Shown here in pieces: positions 9,297 to 18,562 of a stretch of 52,674 bases of DNA. The stretch is from a virus (taxonomy: Duplodnaviria; Caudoviricetes): positions 1 through 52,674 of IMG/VR virus record IMGVR_UViG_3300030098_003093; one strand, 5' to 3'. Every line of letters begins with the position of its first letter. Position 1 is the stretch's first letter. The notes below the pieces were generated by a model, which saw only the letters and a list, made by a program, of their open reading frames with translations, was not told where the DNA came from and did no database searches. The translations under genes were made by a program, and so were the position numbers.

Positions 9297-9763
9297 AAAA
9301 AATAAGCGAACACGTTAGTTATAGAGAGGGTATTTACAGTAGAACGGCAGAAAGAAAAGATTTAGACAACACTCCAAATCCTGAACAGTTAAAGTGCATG
9401 ATGGAAATTGCCAGAGATGTATTTGAACCATTAAGAGAGTGGGTTGGCGGACCTATCAGGGTTAATAGTTTTTACAGGGGAGAAGAGTTAAATAAAGCTA
9501 TTGGAGGTTCTAGTAGGTCTCAACACTGTAAAGGTCAAGCTATGGACATAGATGACACTGGGTGTAAGAAAACGAATGCCGAAATGTATCATTATATAAA
9601 AGACAATTTAGATTACGACCAGTTAATATGGGAGTTTGGTGATGATAGTAATCCTAGTTGGGTTCATGTTAGTTATGTAACCCATAGGCCAAACAAAAAA
9701 ATATTAACAGTAGCGCTTAAAAAGAATGGTAAAACAGTTTACGAATATAGAGAACACAAATGA
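9293..9763 (+). CDS. Endolysin, peptidase M15A (Zn D-Ala-D-Ala peptidase fold)
   Basis: SFYR..LNKAIGG..SQHCKGQAMD and WVHVSY motifs. Confidence 0.88.
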   Translation: MKKISEHVSYREGIYSRTAERKDLDNTPNPEQLKCMMEIARDVFEPLREWVGGPIRVNSFYRGEELNKAIGGSSRSQHCKGQAMDIDDTGCKKTNAEMYHYIKDNLDYDQLIWEFGDDSNPSWVHVSYVTHRPNKKILTVALKKNGKTVYEYREHK

Positions 9764-10497
9764 TAGACCCAAAATCACATAGAGGCACTTTATTTAATGT
9801 TACCAGAGGATATGAATCTGCTATTACTAATAGTATAGCTGGAATTGGATTTGGAGGGTCTGCTATAATTAACACTGTAAGTGAACCTGAATTATTGTAT
9901 ATAGTTAGTTCTAGCGCTAACGATACTTCTGCTGGTACCGGTGCTCGTTCAGTATCTGGGACAATAGAAATAGTTGAAGAAGGGGGAGAGGTTCAGCAAT
10001 TTGATTTTGAAGTAGAGTTAGATGGAACCAGTCAGGTTCTTTTAGATGTTGACGGTACAGGTATATCTTCTTTTTCTGTGGTTACTACTGGTTCAGGAAA
10101 TACTAACGCCGGAGTAATATCTGTAAAAACTCAAGATACAGATACTGTTTTATACACAATACCTGCAAGCACAGGAACCTCTCAAAGTAGTTTGGTTACT
10201 ATGAATAGAAGAAGCAAGCTATATCAATTGAATGTTTATACAGATGCAACGACCACCTCTAATGTTCCAGAATTATATGAAATACTTTTAAGAAGCACAA
10301 ACGAAACGGATAGTGGTGATTTTTCTGCTACAACTTCTGGACGTATATTAGCCACTTTTTTTGCAACTCCAGGAAAGAATAGCTTTGAGCTTTATGATGT
10401 CGTAGAGTCTGGTACAAAGCTTTGGTGTACAGCTAAGAATGTAACTAATACTAACGCTAACGCTGTTTCTACAGAACTTATTACCTATGGAGTATAA
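9760..10497 (+). CDS. Putative virion structural protein
   Basis: Ser/Thr/Gly-rich beta protein with SSSANDTSAGTGARSV motif. Confidence 0.5.
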   Translation: MIDPKSHRGTLFNVTRGYESAITNSIAGIGFGGSAIINTVSEPELLYIVSSSANDTSAGTGARSVSGTIEIVEEGGEVQQFDFEVELDGTSQVLLDVDGTGISSFSVVTTGSGNTNAGVISVKTQDTDTVLYTIPASTGTSQSSLVTMNRRSKLYQLNVYTDATTTSNVPELYEILLRSTNETDSGDFSATTSGRILATFFATPGKNSFELYDVVESGTKLWCTAKNVTNTNANAVSTELITYGV

Positions 10498-10894
10498 ACC
10501 AAAATTAGAATGGCTAGTTGTTCATTCTACTGAAACAGAGTTTGGTTTAGATGTTTCTATATCAGAAATAAATTCAGACCACAAGGAAAGGTTTGGGATA
10601 ATAGGGTTTTCCGATATTATAGATTTTGAAGGAAATATAACTGGGACTTATAGTTTATATGACTATAGGAATTGCAAGCCTTATGATTGGGGTTTAAAAA
10701 ATTCAAGACACGTAGCATATATAGGAGGTTTGTCAGAAGATGGTTTTTATAAAGTAGACACCATGAGTCCTGAACAAAAAGAAACTTTAGACGTATATGT
10801 TATGTATATGAAAAGAAGACACCCCGGATTGAAAGTTATAAACTCTTCCGAACTTCAGAAACATACAAAAAAATCTATTTTGAAATCTGCGTAG
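10487..10894 (+). CDS. Degenerate N-acetylmuramoyl-L-alanine amidase (T7 lysozyme-like)
   Basis: LVVHSTET, HVAYIGG and DTMSPEQKETL present; C-terminal His/Cys Zn ligands missing. Confidence 0.6.
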   Translation: MEYKPKLEWLVVHSTETEFGLDVSISEINSDHKERFGIIGFSDIIDFEGNITGTYSLYDYRNCKPYDWGLKNSRHVAYIGGLSEDGFYKVDTMSPEQKETLDVYVMYMKRRHPGLKVINSSELQKHTKKSILKSA

Positions 10895-11102
10895 GTACAG
10901 TCCCGTACTCTATGTAATCTTCAACTTTTTTAGCCTCAGATATTATTTTAGACATATCCTTGTCGTTACCAACAACTTCTATAGTAAATTTTATAGCATC
11001 TACTCTTATCATTTTAGCCTCTGTCTTTCTTTGTCTATCGTTTAACATCTGTATATCAGCGTGCTGATTAATTTTTGGTGGTGGATTGTAATTTTTAGCC
11101 AT
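10875..11102 (-). CDS. Hypothetical protein
   Basis: Last ORF of the leftward operon. Confidence 0.65.
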   Translation of the reverse strand: MAKNYNPPPKINQHADIQMLNDRQRKTEAKMIRVDAIKFTIEVVGNDKDMSKIISEAKKVEDYIEYGTVPTQISK

Positions 11103-11292
11103 TTTTTTGTGTTATATTTTTTATAGTATTTATTATTTCTTCTTTAGCCTTTAGCTTTTCCTCTAGGTCTAATACTGTGAGTTTTAATTCACGATTAGAA
11201 TCTCTAAGTATATCAATCTCATAGCTAATTGTTGTTGAAGGCTTTATTGTTGTTGCAGGTTCTATAGCGTCTGCAAAAGGCTTGTATTCCAT
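11095..11292 (-). CDS. Hypothetical coiled-coil protein
   Basis: ORF packed within the operon. Confidence 0.65.
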   Translation of the reverse strand: MEYKPFADAIEPATTIKPSTTISYEIDILRDSNRELKLTVLDLEEKLKAKEEIINTIKNITQKNG

Positions 11293-11302
11293 TATTATTT
11301 AT

Positions 11303-12073
11303 TTATTTTATCCATTTATATTTGCTACCTAAATTCATCGGCACAAATATTGCTGTACGACCCCCATCAAGAACAACACCGCATCCTAGCGTAGGTTTTT
11401 TAGGGAAATGTTTTCCATATGAAAAAGCCATATGATGAACATCTATACCGCAACCAACATTCATGCCAAAAATAATATCATTACGAGAGGCCATGTAATT
11501 AACCCCTCCAAATGAATGTGAGTGACCTATAACTGTTGACTGTCTGTTTGCTATAGCTCTGTTTCTAGCTCCAGAAACACCTGAAGAGCCTGTTCCGTGA
11601 ACGTATAAAACATTATCTATTTCCCATTCCATTTTCCAAGTCCAACCCTCTGGAGCATTCCATATTTCTTCATATGTTTTTAAATATCTTTTTGGAATTC
11701 CTGCTGTGGTTGCTTGTCGGAAAGGTAGTGCCGAATGATTTCCTACACACACCTTTACATCTGGAAACGTTTCATACCATTTTTCCATAGCCTTTTGAGC
11801 CTGCTCGGCCTCTCTTACTGCGTTAGGCATTTCTAATTCAGACTCATGGTAAGATAGGGCTGCGTTATCACACTCATCTCCTATATGAACTATTTCTGAA
11901 CATCCAAACCTATTAAAAACATCATAACAAAAATTCCTGTAGTCTGGATGGCAAAAGGGTTCATGAGTGTCACCTATAACGCCAATGTTGTTAGTTCTTC
12001 TATGGTTGAGAATAAGACTCTCCTCTTCAGGAGTTAATCTTATTCTTCTTCCATATGTTTTTTTACTTGACAT
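11303..12073 (-). CDS. Calcineurin-like metallophosphoesterase
   Basis: GDTH, GDECD, GNH, HG and GHSH motifs. Confidence 0.9.
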   Translation of the reverse strand: MSSKKTYGRRIRLTPEEESLILNHRRTNNIGVIGDTHEPFCHPDYRNFCYDVFNRFGCSEIVHIGDECDNAALSYHESELEMPNAVREAEQAQKAMEKWYETFPDVKVCVGNHSALPFRQATTAGIPKRYLKTYEEIWNAPEGWTWKMEWEIDNVLYVHGTGSSGVSGARNRAIANRQSTVIGHSHSFGGVNYMASRNDIIFGMNVGCGIDVHHMAFSYGKHFPKKPTLGCGVVLDGGRTAIFVPMNLGSKYKWIK

Positions 12074-12088
12074 AGTTTTAAATTCTTA

Positions 12089-12096
12089 CAAAGATA
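12089..12096 (-). promoter_or_regulatory. -7 element TATCTTTG
   Basis: TAnnTTTG upstream of ATG 12073. Confidence 0.65.
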
Positions 12097-12132
12097 TAAA
12101 CAAATTTATTTTTTATTTACAATTGTTAATAA

Positions 12133-12396
12133 CTATTTTTTGAAAAATGTGTAATTATTAGGCCTCCTACCCCATGTGTTATTGTAAAGACCATCGTCAG
12201 CTATCTTTTTAAATGACTGATACCTGTTTTTATGCAGCCTTTTTTGTTTGTCTTTGTTAAACGCTAACTTGTTACATTTTGTACAAACCCCAACATCAGA
12301 AGCAGGAGAATCTAATTTCATAGGCACATTACAGCACAGACTTATTTTTTGAGATATTTTCCAACTTGTTTTCTTTTTTTCTTCTGTCATTATCAT
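12133..12396 (-). CDS. Small Zn-ribbon-like protein
   Basis: SLCC...CTKC. Confidence 0.55.
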   Translation of the reverse strand: MIMTEEKKKTSWKISQKISLCCNVPMKLDSPASDVGVCTKCNKLAFNKDKQKRLHKNRYQSFKKIADDGLYNNTWGRRPNNYTFFKK

Positions 12397-12468
12397 ATTT
12401 ATTCATGTTGTTTATTAAATTTTCATTTTGATTGTTTCTTTCAAAAAGAAACCTAAGTATGCTCCTTA

Positions 12469-13029
12469 TCATTTTAAAGACATTTTTAATAATAATAAAT
12501 ACCCAATAACATCATCAAGAGTGTCTTCTGTATCATCATTTATTCCACGATTTTTTATTCTTGACAACTTATCGTCTAGTCTAGCGCATAACGCTTCAGT
12601 TGAGTTTAATTTGCTAAATATCCTAGGAGGGTTTAAAGCTGTATTACCGTAAGCTTTATTTTTAGATTTTAATAAATCAGTTATTTCTTTAGTAACAGCA
12701 TCTAATATCGTAGCAAAATCCCCTTGTTTTACATTTATAGACTCACTGCAAGAACTCACATTGCAACTTTCATCTACTCCGTGTATAAACTGTTCCATTT
12801 CACTAACATATTTTTCTAGCTCATTTACATAAGACTTTAAATCTACTTTAGAATCTTTTTGTGGGGATTCTTTTCTTTCTTTTGAATTTAAATCATCTGG
12901 TGTTGTATCTCGCATTGTAGGCACTCCGTCTCTGTCATCAAATACTGCTGTTGTTGTTGGAGTCCATCCGTTTCTACCTTTTTCGTAGTAGTATTTATTG
13001 TGCTTTTCAGCTTCTTTTTTCTTTTTCAT
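12469..13029 (-). CDS. DUF1599 / nucleotide-modification-associated domain protein
   Basis: KNKAYG...RLDDKLSRI...DTLDDVIGY motif. Confidence 0.75.
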   Translation of the reverse strand: MKKKKEAEKHNKYYYEKGRNGWTPTTTAVFDDRDGVPTMRDTTPDDLNSKERKESPQKDSKVDLKSYVNELEKYVSEMEQFIHGVDESCNVSSCSESINVKQGDFATILDAVTKEITDLLKSKNKAYGNTALNPPRIFSKLNSTEALCARLDDKLSRIKNRGINDDTEDTLDDVIGYLLLLKMSLK

Positions 13030-13065
13030 ATTTCAAATTTTAATTATTAACTTTGTTTTAAACTC

Positions 13066-13254
13066 CTAAATAGAGTTATAATACTCTTGTAATCCATCTA
13101 TTTCTAATTTTTCTAATTGTTTATTTTTTGAATCTAATTCTTGTTCTATTTTTTTAATTGTTTTTTGCAATGCAAAGAACATCCACAACGCTCCTAAAAG
13201 GGAGCCGATACTAAAAGAAAAAAATATAATAGTTATAACTTCTGATTGAATCAT
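13066..13254 (-). CDS. Small membrane-anchored protein
   Basis: N-terminal TM plus coiled coil. Confidence 0.6.
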   Translation of the reverse strand: MIQSEVITIIFFSFSIGSLLGALWMFFALQKTIKKIEQELDSKNKQLEKLEIDGLQEYYNSI

Positions 13255-13628
13255 GATAGTATTTTAATGATTACACCAGGGTTTTTTTTATCGTATTTAT
13301 ACTCTTCAAATACAGGTATAATTTCTTCACAGTTATCGTCTTTTATCCAGTTATATTTAACCATTAGGTCTTGCACTGTCTGGGCGGGATTTATATAGTC
13401 AAATTTATGTTTAGTACCCCTAATGAACTGTAGAGACACTCTATAAGGCTTCTCTCTTCCTTTTAACATCTTCTGGAAGTCTACCTTGTTTCCCATATAA
13501 AAACCCATAGTAGCCTTTATATAAGCTCTAGTAGCTTTTGAGTTTATCAGCATTTTTCCCGTCCATTGTTTAGAATTTTTACTGCTAGGGACATTTCCTG
13601 GTATAAATATCTCTTTTAATTTGGCCAT
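13251..13628 (-). CDS. RusA-like Holliday junction resolvase
   Basis: PGNVPSSKN, DYIN...VQDLM...IKDDN pattern. Confidence 0.7.
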   Translation of the reverse strand: MAKLKEIFIPGNVPSSKNSKQWTGKMLINSKATRAYIKATMGFYMGNKVDFQKMLKGREKPYRVSLQFIRGTKHKFDYINPAQTVQDLMVKYNWIKDDNCEEIIPVFEEYKYDKKNPGVIIKILS

Positions 13629-13647
13629 ATTACCACTAAATTATCCG

Positions 13648-14139
13648 TCATTTAAATTTCTTTTTTTTTATTGTGTCTACACCAAAATACTGCGCATATT
13701 TTTTTCTAGGTATCAACACTAATTCAGACCAGTTGTTATCACCTCCTTTAACCACTTTTAGTTCTTGTATGTTTTCTTTGATAAGTCTTTTTAATTTATC
13801 ACACTCCATCATCCATAAGTTACTATGAGATATATCGGGCATATAATAAACCCACCAGTCAGCTTTTGTTGTACTTATACCAGAAGGGTTTCCTCTGTAC
13901 CTAATTTCAATAGCTATATTTCCTGTGTCATTTTCATCGTCAACATAGTTATCTGTCTTGACTTCCATGTACAAATTCTTGTCTGCTTTAGGAGAATACA
14001 TTACTATGTCATAATCCTTATTATCTCCACTTTCATCACTAACAATAGACATTCCATTTACAGCCATGTACATAGCCACTATTTTCTCTCCATTGTTGCC
14101 AAATTTTAGGTCTTTTTTAAATTTCTTATTTAAATCCAT
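13648..14139 (-). CDS. PD-(D/E)xK nuclease-like protein
   Basis: GE...YDI...MEVKTD...TGNIAIE...SGISTTKADWW. Confidence 0.7.
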   Translation of the reverse strand: MDLNKKFKKDLKFGNNGEKIVAMYMAVNGMSIVSDESGDNKDYDIVMYSPKADKNLYMEVKTDNYVDDENDTGNIAIEIRYRGNPSGISTTKADWWVYYMPDISHSNLWMMECDKLKRLIKENIQELKVVKGGDNNWSELVLIPRKKYAQYFGVDTIKKKKFK

Positions 14140-14141
14140 TC

Positions 14142-15896
14142 TTAATAAGGTGTTAAATCGTCACTTATATTTACAAAATTTTCTAATGGGTAAGACCCAT
14201 CATGATTTAAAAATCTATTTGACTTTCTATCATAACTTAGTTTAACAGGGGCACCGGTAGGAACCCCTACCAATTTCTGAAACTTTATTTTTTGAACGTG
14301 TATATCAACATCGGTATCTCTAAAGTCTTTAGGGTTTGGCCTGTGAACAGTAATAATATTATCTGCTTTATTGTACCAGTTGCTACCTCCCGCTATTCTG
14401 TATGCTGTAGGGACTTCGTTGTCCATACCCCCCTTGTCACTTCTCATGGTGATAGGGTGAGCCACAACGACAAATTTAAGATGATAGTTTTTTGTAAACT
14501 TCCTAATTCTATTTAATGTTTCTGCCACATAAAGAGCCTCAGACAATCCGTTCATGTTATGGTCTAGCTGATTAAATGGGTCAACCAACACTCCCTTTAT
14601 ACCTTTTCTGAGAACTAAATGTTTAAATTTATCTAGCACGTTATCCAAAGAAAAGCTATCTTCAGGGTACACAACAAAAAAATGTTTGTTTACAAAAGAT
14701 ATACCTCTAGTGTATTCGTTTATACTCATCCTGTGAGACGATTCTATATCTGAAGTTTTACCTATATACATCTCTACAAGAGTTTCGTAAAGTTCTCCAA
14801 TAGGATAATTTTCAGGAGAGAAAACTCCCCATTTCCAACCATAAAGTATAGAGCCGTTCATCATTAATTGAAAACAAAAAGATGTCTTTCCGTGTCCAGG
14901 TATTCCTGTAAACACATCAAACTCTCCCATTCTAAAAGTGTAGTGAGGGTCTAAACCAGGATACCCGCAAGACAACCCTTTAACCTTGCCATTGTTGAAG
15001 GAGTCAATCATAGAGCTTTCAACATCCGAAACAGAAAACACTCCGTCTACTGGATAATCCCTAGCTTTATCATAGCATTCCAACAGCTTTTCTTCTCCAT
15101 GCTTAACTAGAACATCGTTAGCGTCTTTACAGTCCTCTGGGAAGTCTATTATCATGACCCTTTCTTTACCCAGTCTCCTCGCTAATTCTTCTAGCAATCT
15201 CCTACCATTTACATCATTATCTACAGCTATAAATATGTTGTCCATATTTTCAAAATAGCTGTGACAATTATCAAGATACGAGAATTTAGATTCTACATTC
15301 TTGGCATTAGGGTTAGGAGCTCCATCAGGAACGCTTACTGTTTCTGTTTTTCCAATAACGTCAAAAGATAATTTATCTATCTCTCCCTCAACAATTATGC
15401 AGGTATTAGTATCTTTTATATCATCAAGACCGTAAAATATTTTTTCAGCACCAGACACCTGTTTAAAGTTTTTATCCCCGTCTCTGTATTTTATATTAAT
15501 CAACTCTCCATTTCTGAAATAATTAAAACAAATACAGTTTCTGTTTTTTTCTACTTGAGGCATGTAAACACTACACTCGGTAACTTTATTTTTCTCAAGA
15601 ATACTTTTAGGTATACTCCTGCTTTTAAAATACTCAACAATTTTGCTTGGTATTTCTTTACGTTTATGAGGTTTAGGCCTTATAAAAACTTTTTCTTCCA
15701 TAAGTTTGTTTTTTATAACTCCTGACCAAGCGCAATGATGACAGGTAAACAAGCCTGTGTTTGTGTTTATAGCTAAGCATGGCTCTTTCTTTTTCTTTCT
15801 ATTGTGAGAGCACTTAGGACAAACAGCCTTAATCTCTTCAGACCATTTACCCCTATAAGATATACCATAATCACTTAACAGACTTCTATCTATCAT
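14142..15896 (-). CDS. Primase-helicase (T7 gp4/Twinkle-like)
   Basis: Zn finger (CPKC..CHHC), TOPRIM (EGEID, DND, KDAND), Walker A GIPGHGKT, VVAHP. Confidence 0.93.
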   Translation of the reverse strand: MIDRSLLSDYGISYRGKWSEEIKAVCPKCSHNRKKKKEPCLAINTNTGLFTCHHCAWSGVIKNKLMEEKVFIRPKPHKRKEIPSKIVEYFKSRSIPKSILEKNKVTECSVYMPQVEKNRNCICFNYFRNGELINIKYRDGDKNFKQVSGAEKIFYGLDDIKDTNTCIIVEGEIDKLSFDVIGKTETVSVPDGAPNPNAKNVESKFSYLDNCHSYFENMDNIFIAVDNDVNGRRLLEELARRLGKERVMIIDFPEDCKDANDVLVKHGEEKLLECYDKARDYPVDGVFSVSDVESSMIDSFNNGKVKGLSCGYPGLDPHYTFRMGEFDVFTGIPGHGKTSFCFQLMMNGSILYGWKWGVFSPENYPIGELYETLVEMYIGKTSDIESSHRMSINEYTRGISFVNKHFFVVYPEDSFSLDNVLDKFKHLVLRKGIKGVLVDPFNQLDHNMNGLSEALYVAETLNRIRKFTKNYHLKFVVVAHPITMRSDKGGMDNEVPTAYRIAGGSNWYNKADNIITVHRPNPKDFRDTDVDIHVQKIKFQKLVGVPTGAPVKLSYDRKSNRFLNHDGSYPLENFVNISDDLTPY

Positions 15897-16561
15897 TATT
15901 TAAACGCTTTATTAAAATCTTCCTTTGTCATATTATCATATACTTTTTCGGACTTGTCCGAATTGTCTGATATTAATTCATCATTCCAAGACTCGTTTCT
16001 TAGATAAGTTTCAGGATTTTTTCTATATTTTTTATCAGGCTGAGCTTGTTTGTATTTAGAAACATAAGCTATTGCCTCTTCTTTTTTATCCTTTGACAAC
16101 TTCTTCCATAGAGCCTCGCATTTAGGTCTTGCCGTCTTCTTATCGTAAGCATCCCAAAACTCATCAAACCTATCAAGGTTTCCCCATCGTTTCATAACGC
16201 TTTTACGACCATCTTCTTTCTTCTTATCCCTAATGGTCATTCTTTTAATCAGACTATTTGACCAAAAGAATGAGCCATCAGAGTTAAAAAGACTAAATGA
16301 ACTGATGCAATCATCTATAAACTCAGACAGCTTTTCTTCAGATGTTTGCATTCTTTTTGATAAGACAGCCAGATACCCTTTATTATTAATAGGTAACCTA
16401 TATTCTTCTTGCATTGATAATGTTTCTACTAGAATCCAATAGAATCCATATCCTTCAGCACCATACACAGACATCATAAGCTCTATATTCATATCACTCC
16501 ATGAATCGGTGTCGTGTGAGAACCAATAAGATTTTGTTTTAGCCATCTCTTCTGTGTTCAT
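15896..16561 (-). CDS. Replication initiator-like protein, DUF4373 (Lin1244/Lin1753-like) N-terminus
   Basis: WFSHD...YGAEGYGFYWILVE.L; C-terminal FDEFWDAY.KK...PETYL...WNDE. Confidence 0.8.
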   Translation of the reverse strand: MNTEEMAKTKSYWFSHDTDSWSDMNIELMMSVYGAEGYGFYWILVETLSMQEEYRLPINNKGYLAVLSKRMQTSEEKLSEFIDDCISSFSLFNSDGSFFWSNSLIKRMTIRDKKKEDGRKSVMKRWGNLDRFDEFWDAYDKKTARPKCEALWKKLSKDKKEEAIAYVSKYKQAQPDKKYRKNPETYLRNESWNDELISDNSDKSEKVYDNMTKEDFNKAFK

Positions 16562-16840
16562 TTAGAATGGTAAATCATCTTCATCATTAGAGCTTGTTGC
16601 TGCAGCAGGTTGGCTGTCAAAAACAAACTCTTTACCATTTCCAAGATAATTTTTCTCAGACTTAGCCTCTCTCTCTTCTTTAGATTGAGATTGGAAAACG
16701 TAATGAGTGTTACCATATTGGTCTTCACCATCTCTGTTTCCACCTACAGTTAAGTTAAGGTATTTTCCTTTCTTACCTGCAACGATTTTACTTTTATCAA
16801 TTTTATCCAAATTGATACTCAAATTAATTATACTACTCAT
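16562..16840 (-). CDS. Putative single-stranded DNA-binding protein
   Basis: Small OB-like protein with acidic DEDDLPF tail in the replication module. Confidence 0.7.
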   Translation of the reverse strand: MSSIINLSINLDKIDKSKIVAGKKGKYLNLTVGGNRDGEDQYGNTHYVFQSQSKEEREAKSEKNYLGNGKEFVFDSQPAAATSSNDEDDLPF

Positions 16841-16884
16841 AGTTAATAATTTTAAATTTACCTACTCTATTTAAGGTTTTCGGC

Positions 16885-17202
16885 TTACCCTTGTGACAAT
16901 CTTATATAAAATTGTTGTGTTATCATTTTTCCTTTTCCTGATATTGAATAAATAGCTTTGGTTTTATTTTTACCACCTCCACCTTTAATCATTTTTATAT
17001 ACCCTAAAGTTTTTAATCTTCTCATTCCTCTACTTACTGTTTCACATCCAAAAGGAACATCTACTATTGCTCCGTTAGTTGTAAACGTCTCACTATGAGA
17101 GGCGTACAATAATATAAAAAAATCTCCAAACTTCATATTATATTCTTGAGATATATTTTTTATATCTCTTCTTAAATATTTTAACGCTGATTCGTTTATC
17201 AT
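16885..17202 (-). CDS. MarR-like winged-helix DNA-binding protein
   Basis: ETVSRGMRRLKTLGYI...YSISGKGK. Confidence 0.6.
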   Translation of the reverse strand: MINESALKYLRRDIKNISQEYNMKFGDFFILLYASHSETFTTNGAIVDVPFGCETVSRGMRRLKTLGYIKMIKGGGGKNKTKAIYSISGKGKMITQQFYIRLSQG

Positions 17203-17789
17203 TATATTAAAATTTTATTTCCTGTGCAGTAAACTTTATAGCCATCTCCGGCACATATAAAACCATCTTCTTCATACATCATGTCATCTCTTTCAACCCA
17301 CTCTGCTCCTTTTCTATACTTTCCCTTTATATATATCCTACCTCCTCTTCTTTGTATAGAGTCATGCTCCCATAGTATGTCTCTTTCCGTTTCTAAACCG
17401 TATTTCAAATGTATTTTGTTTCCCTTTTCTACATTCATAAACCAGTATATATCAATATAATTTCTGTTTAGTATACATAGTTCGTCGCATATAAGTTGAA
17501 CTTGTTCTTTTAAATCTTTGTTGTATTCTAACTCTAATTCAATACACTTTACGCTATGCATAACTGTAGCGTGATTACATATACTTCTTCTTGATTTAAA
17601 AAAGTCTCTAATACCTTGGTATGTTTTAATGTTACCATGATGCCTCATTATATACATAGCTATTTGTCTAGCTAAAACATAACTTCTTTGTCTGTTTCTG
17701 GAAAAGAATTGTTCTTCTGTTATGCTAAAAAAATTACATATAACTACAACAATATTAAAATTATTTACCCTTCTTTTAATTTTTTTCAT
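17202..17789 (-). CDS. DnaA domain IV (DnaA-box-binding HTH) containing protein
   Basis: R.R.YVLARQIAMYIMR...I..FF...NHATVMHSVKCIE matches the DnaA C-terminal signature. Confidence 0.8.
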   Translation of the reverse strand: MKKIKRRVNNFNIVVVICNFFSITEEQFFSRNRQRSYVLARQIAMYIMRHHGNIKTYQGIRDFFKSRRSICNHATVMHSVKCIELELEYNKDLKEQVQLICDELCILNRNYIDIYWFMNVEKGNKIHLKYGLETERDILWEHDSIQRRGGRIYIKGKYRKGAEWVERDDMMYEEDGFICAGDGYKVYCTGNKILI

Positions 17790-18562
17790 TATAATTCCCC
17801 TTTAAAATAATACTCGTTTATATCTTTTTCTTTGTTTAAGAAATACTCTTTATATTTACTTAGCAATTCGTGTATCTCTCTTCTTCCGTTGTTTAAAAAC
17901 TCATCAGAAGCTTTATATAATCCTGTTCTATATGGAGCTTCTTTTTCTACAACAGCAAACCAAAACTCATCAGCATCCATTCCGTCTAAATAAAAAGCTG
18001 CTTGTCTGTGATAGCCATACTTGTATGCTGACCTTTTAAATGCTTCAGGACTGGAGTCTTGAGTAGTCTTTACATCAATAAGGATTTTCATACCATTAAC
18101 ATCATACACACAATCAACCTTTCCTTTGCAATCAACACCACCGGTTCCTTTCCAAACATTAACAACTTCATGTATAGAGTTCTCTATAAATTCATAAGAC
18201 ATTTCTGGAGTACATAGAGACCTTCTCATTTTTAATATTTTATTATACTCAGGCTCGGTGATGATAGTATTTGATTCGTTATCTGCCTTAAACTCTTCCC
18301 ACACTTTACCCCTCCTAGATTTGCCTTCAAAAACAGCTATGTCTGTGCTAACTTTTTCTGGCTCCAATACTACAGTATGGAAAGCCTTTCCAAAATTAAG
18401 AGCCGGAGACTCTTCCTTATGACCTTTTAACATTCTTTGTAAATGCTGTGGAGACTTGTTAAGTAAAGACAGCATACTGTTAGTTACAAAATCTCTATCA
18501 GAATAATATACATTGTCATCACTTAACCTCAACTCGTGTTTTAGTTTGTCTTCTTTATTCAT
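17789..18562 (-). CDS. RecE/exonuclease VIII-like PD-(D/E)xK nuclease (DUF3799-like)
   Basis: FGKAFHT.VLEP, CKGKVD...IDVKTT, YGYHRQAAFY, VEKEAPY. Confidence 0.85.
   Translation of the reverse strand: MNKEDKLKHELRLSDDNVYYSDRDFVTNSMLSLLNKSPQHLQRMLKGHKEESPALNFGKAFHTVVLEPEKVSTDIAVFEGKSRRGKVWEEFKADNESNTIITEPEYNKILKMRRSLCTPEMSYEFIENSIHEVVNVWKGTGGVDCKGKVDCVYDVNGMKILIDVKTTQDSSPEAFKRSAYKYGYHRQAAFYLDGMDADEFWFAVVEKEAPYRTGLYKASDEFLNNGRREIHELLSKYKEYFLNKEKDINEYYFKGEL

Noticed and set aside
16558-16743. Alternative-frame 61-aa ORF overlapping the SSB gene
   Set aside because: Lies almost wholly within the better-supported 16562-16840 gene
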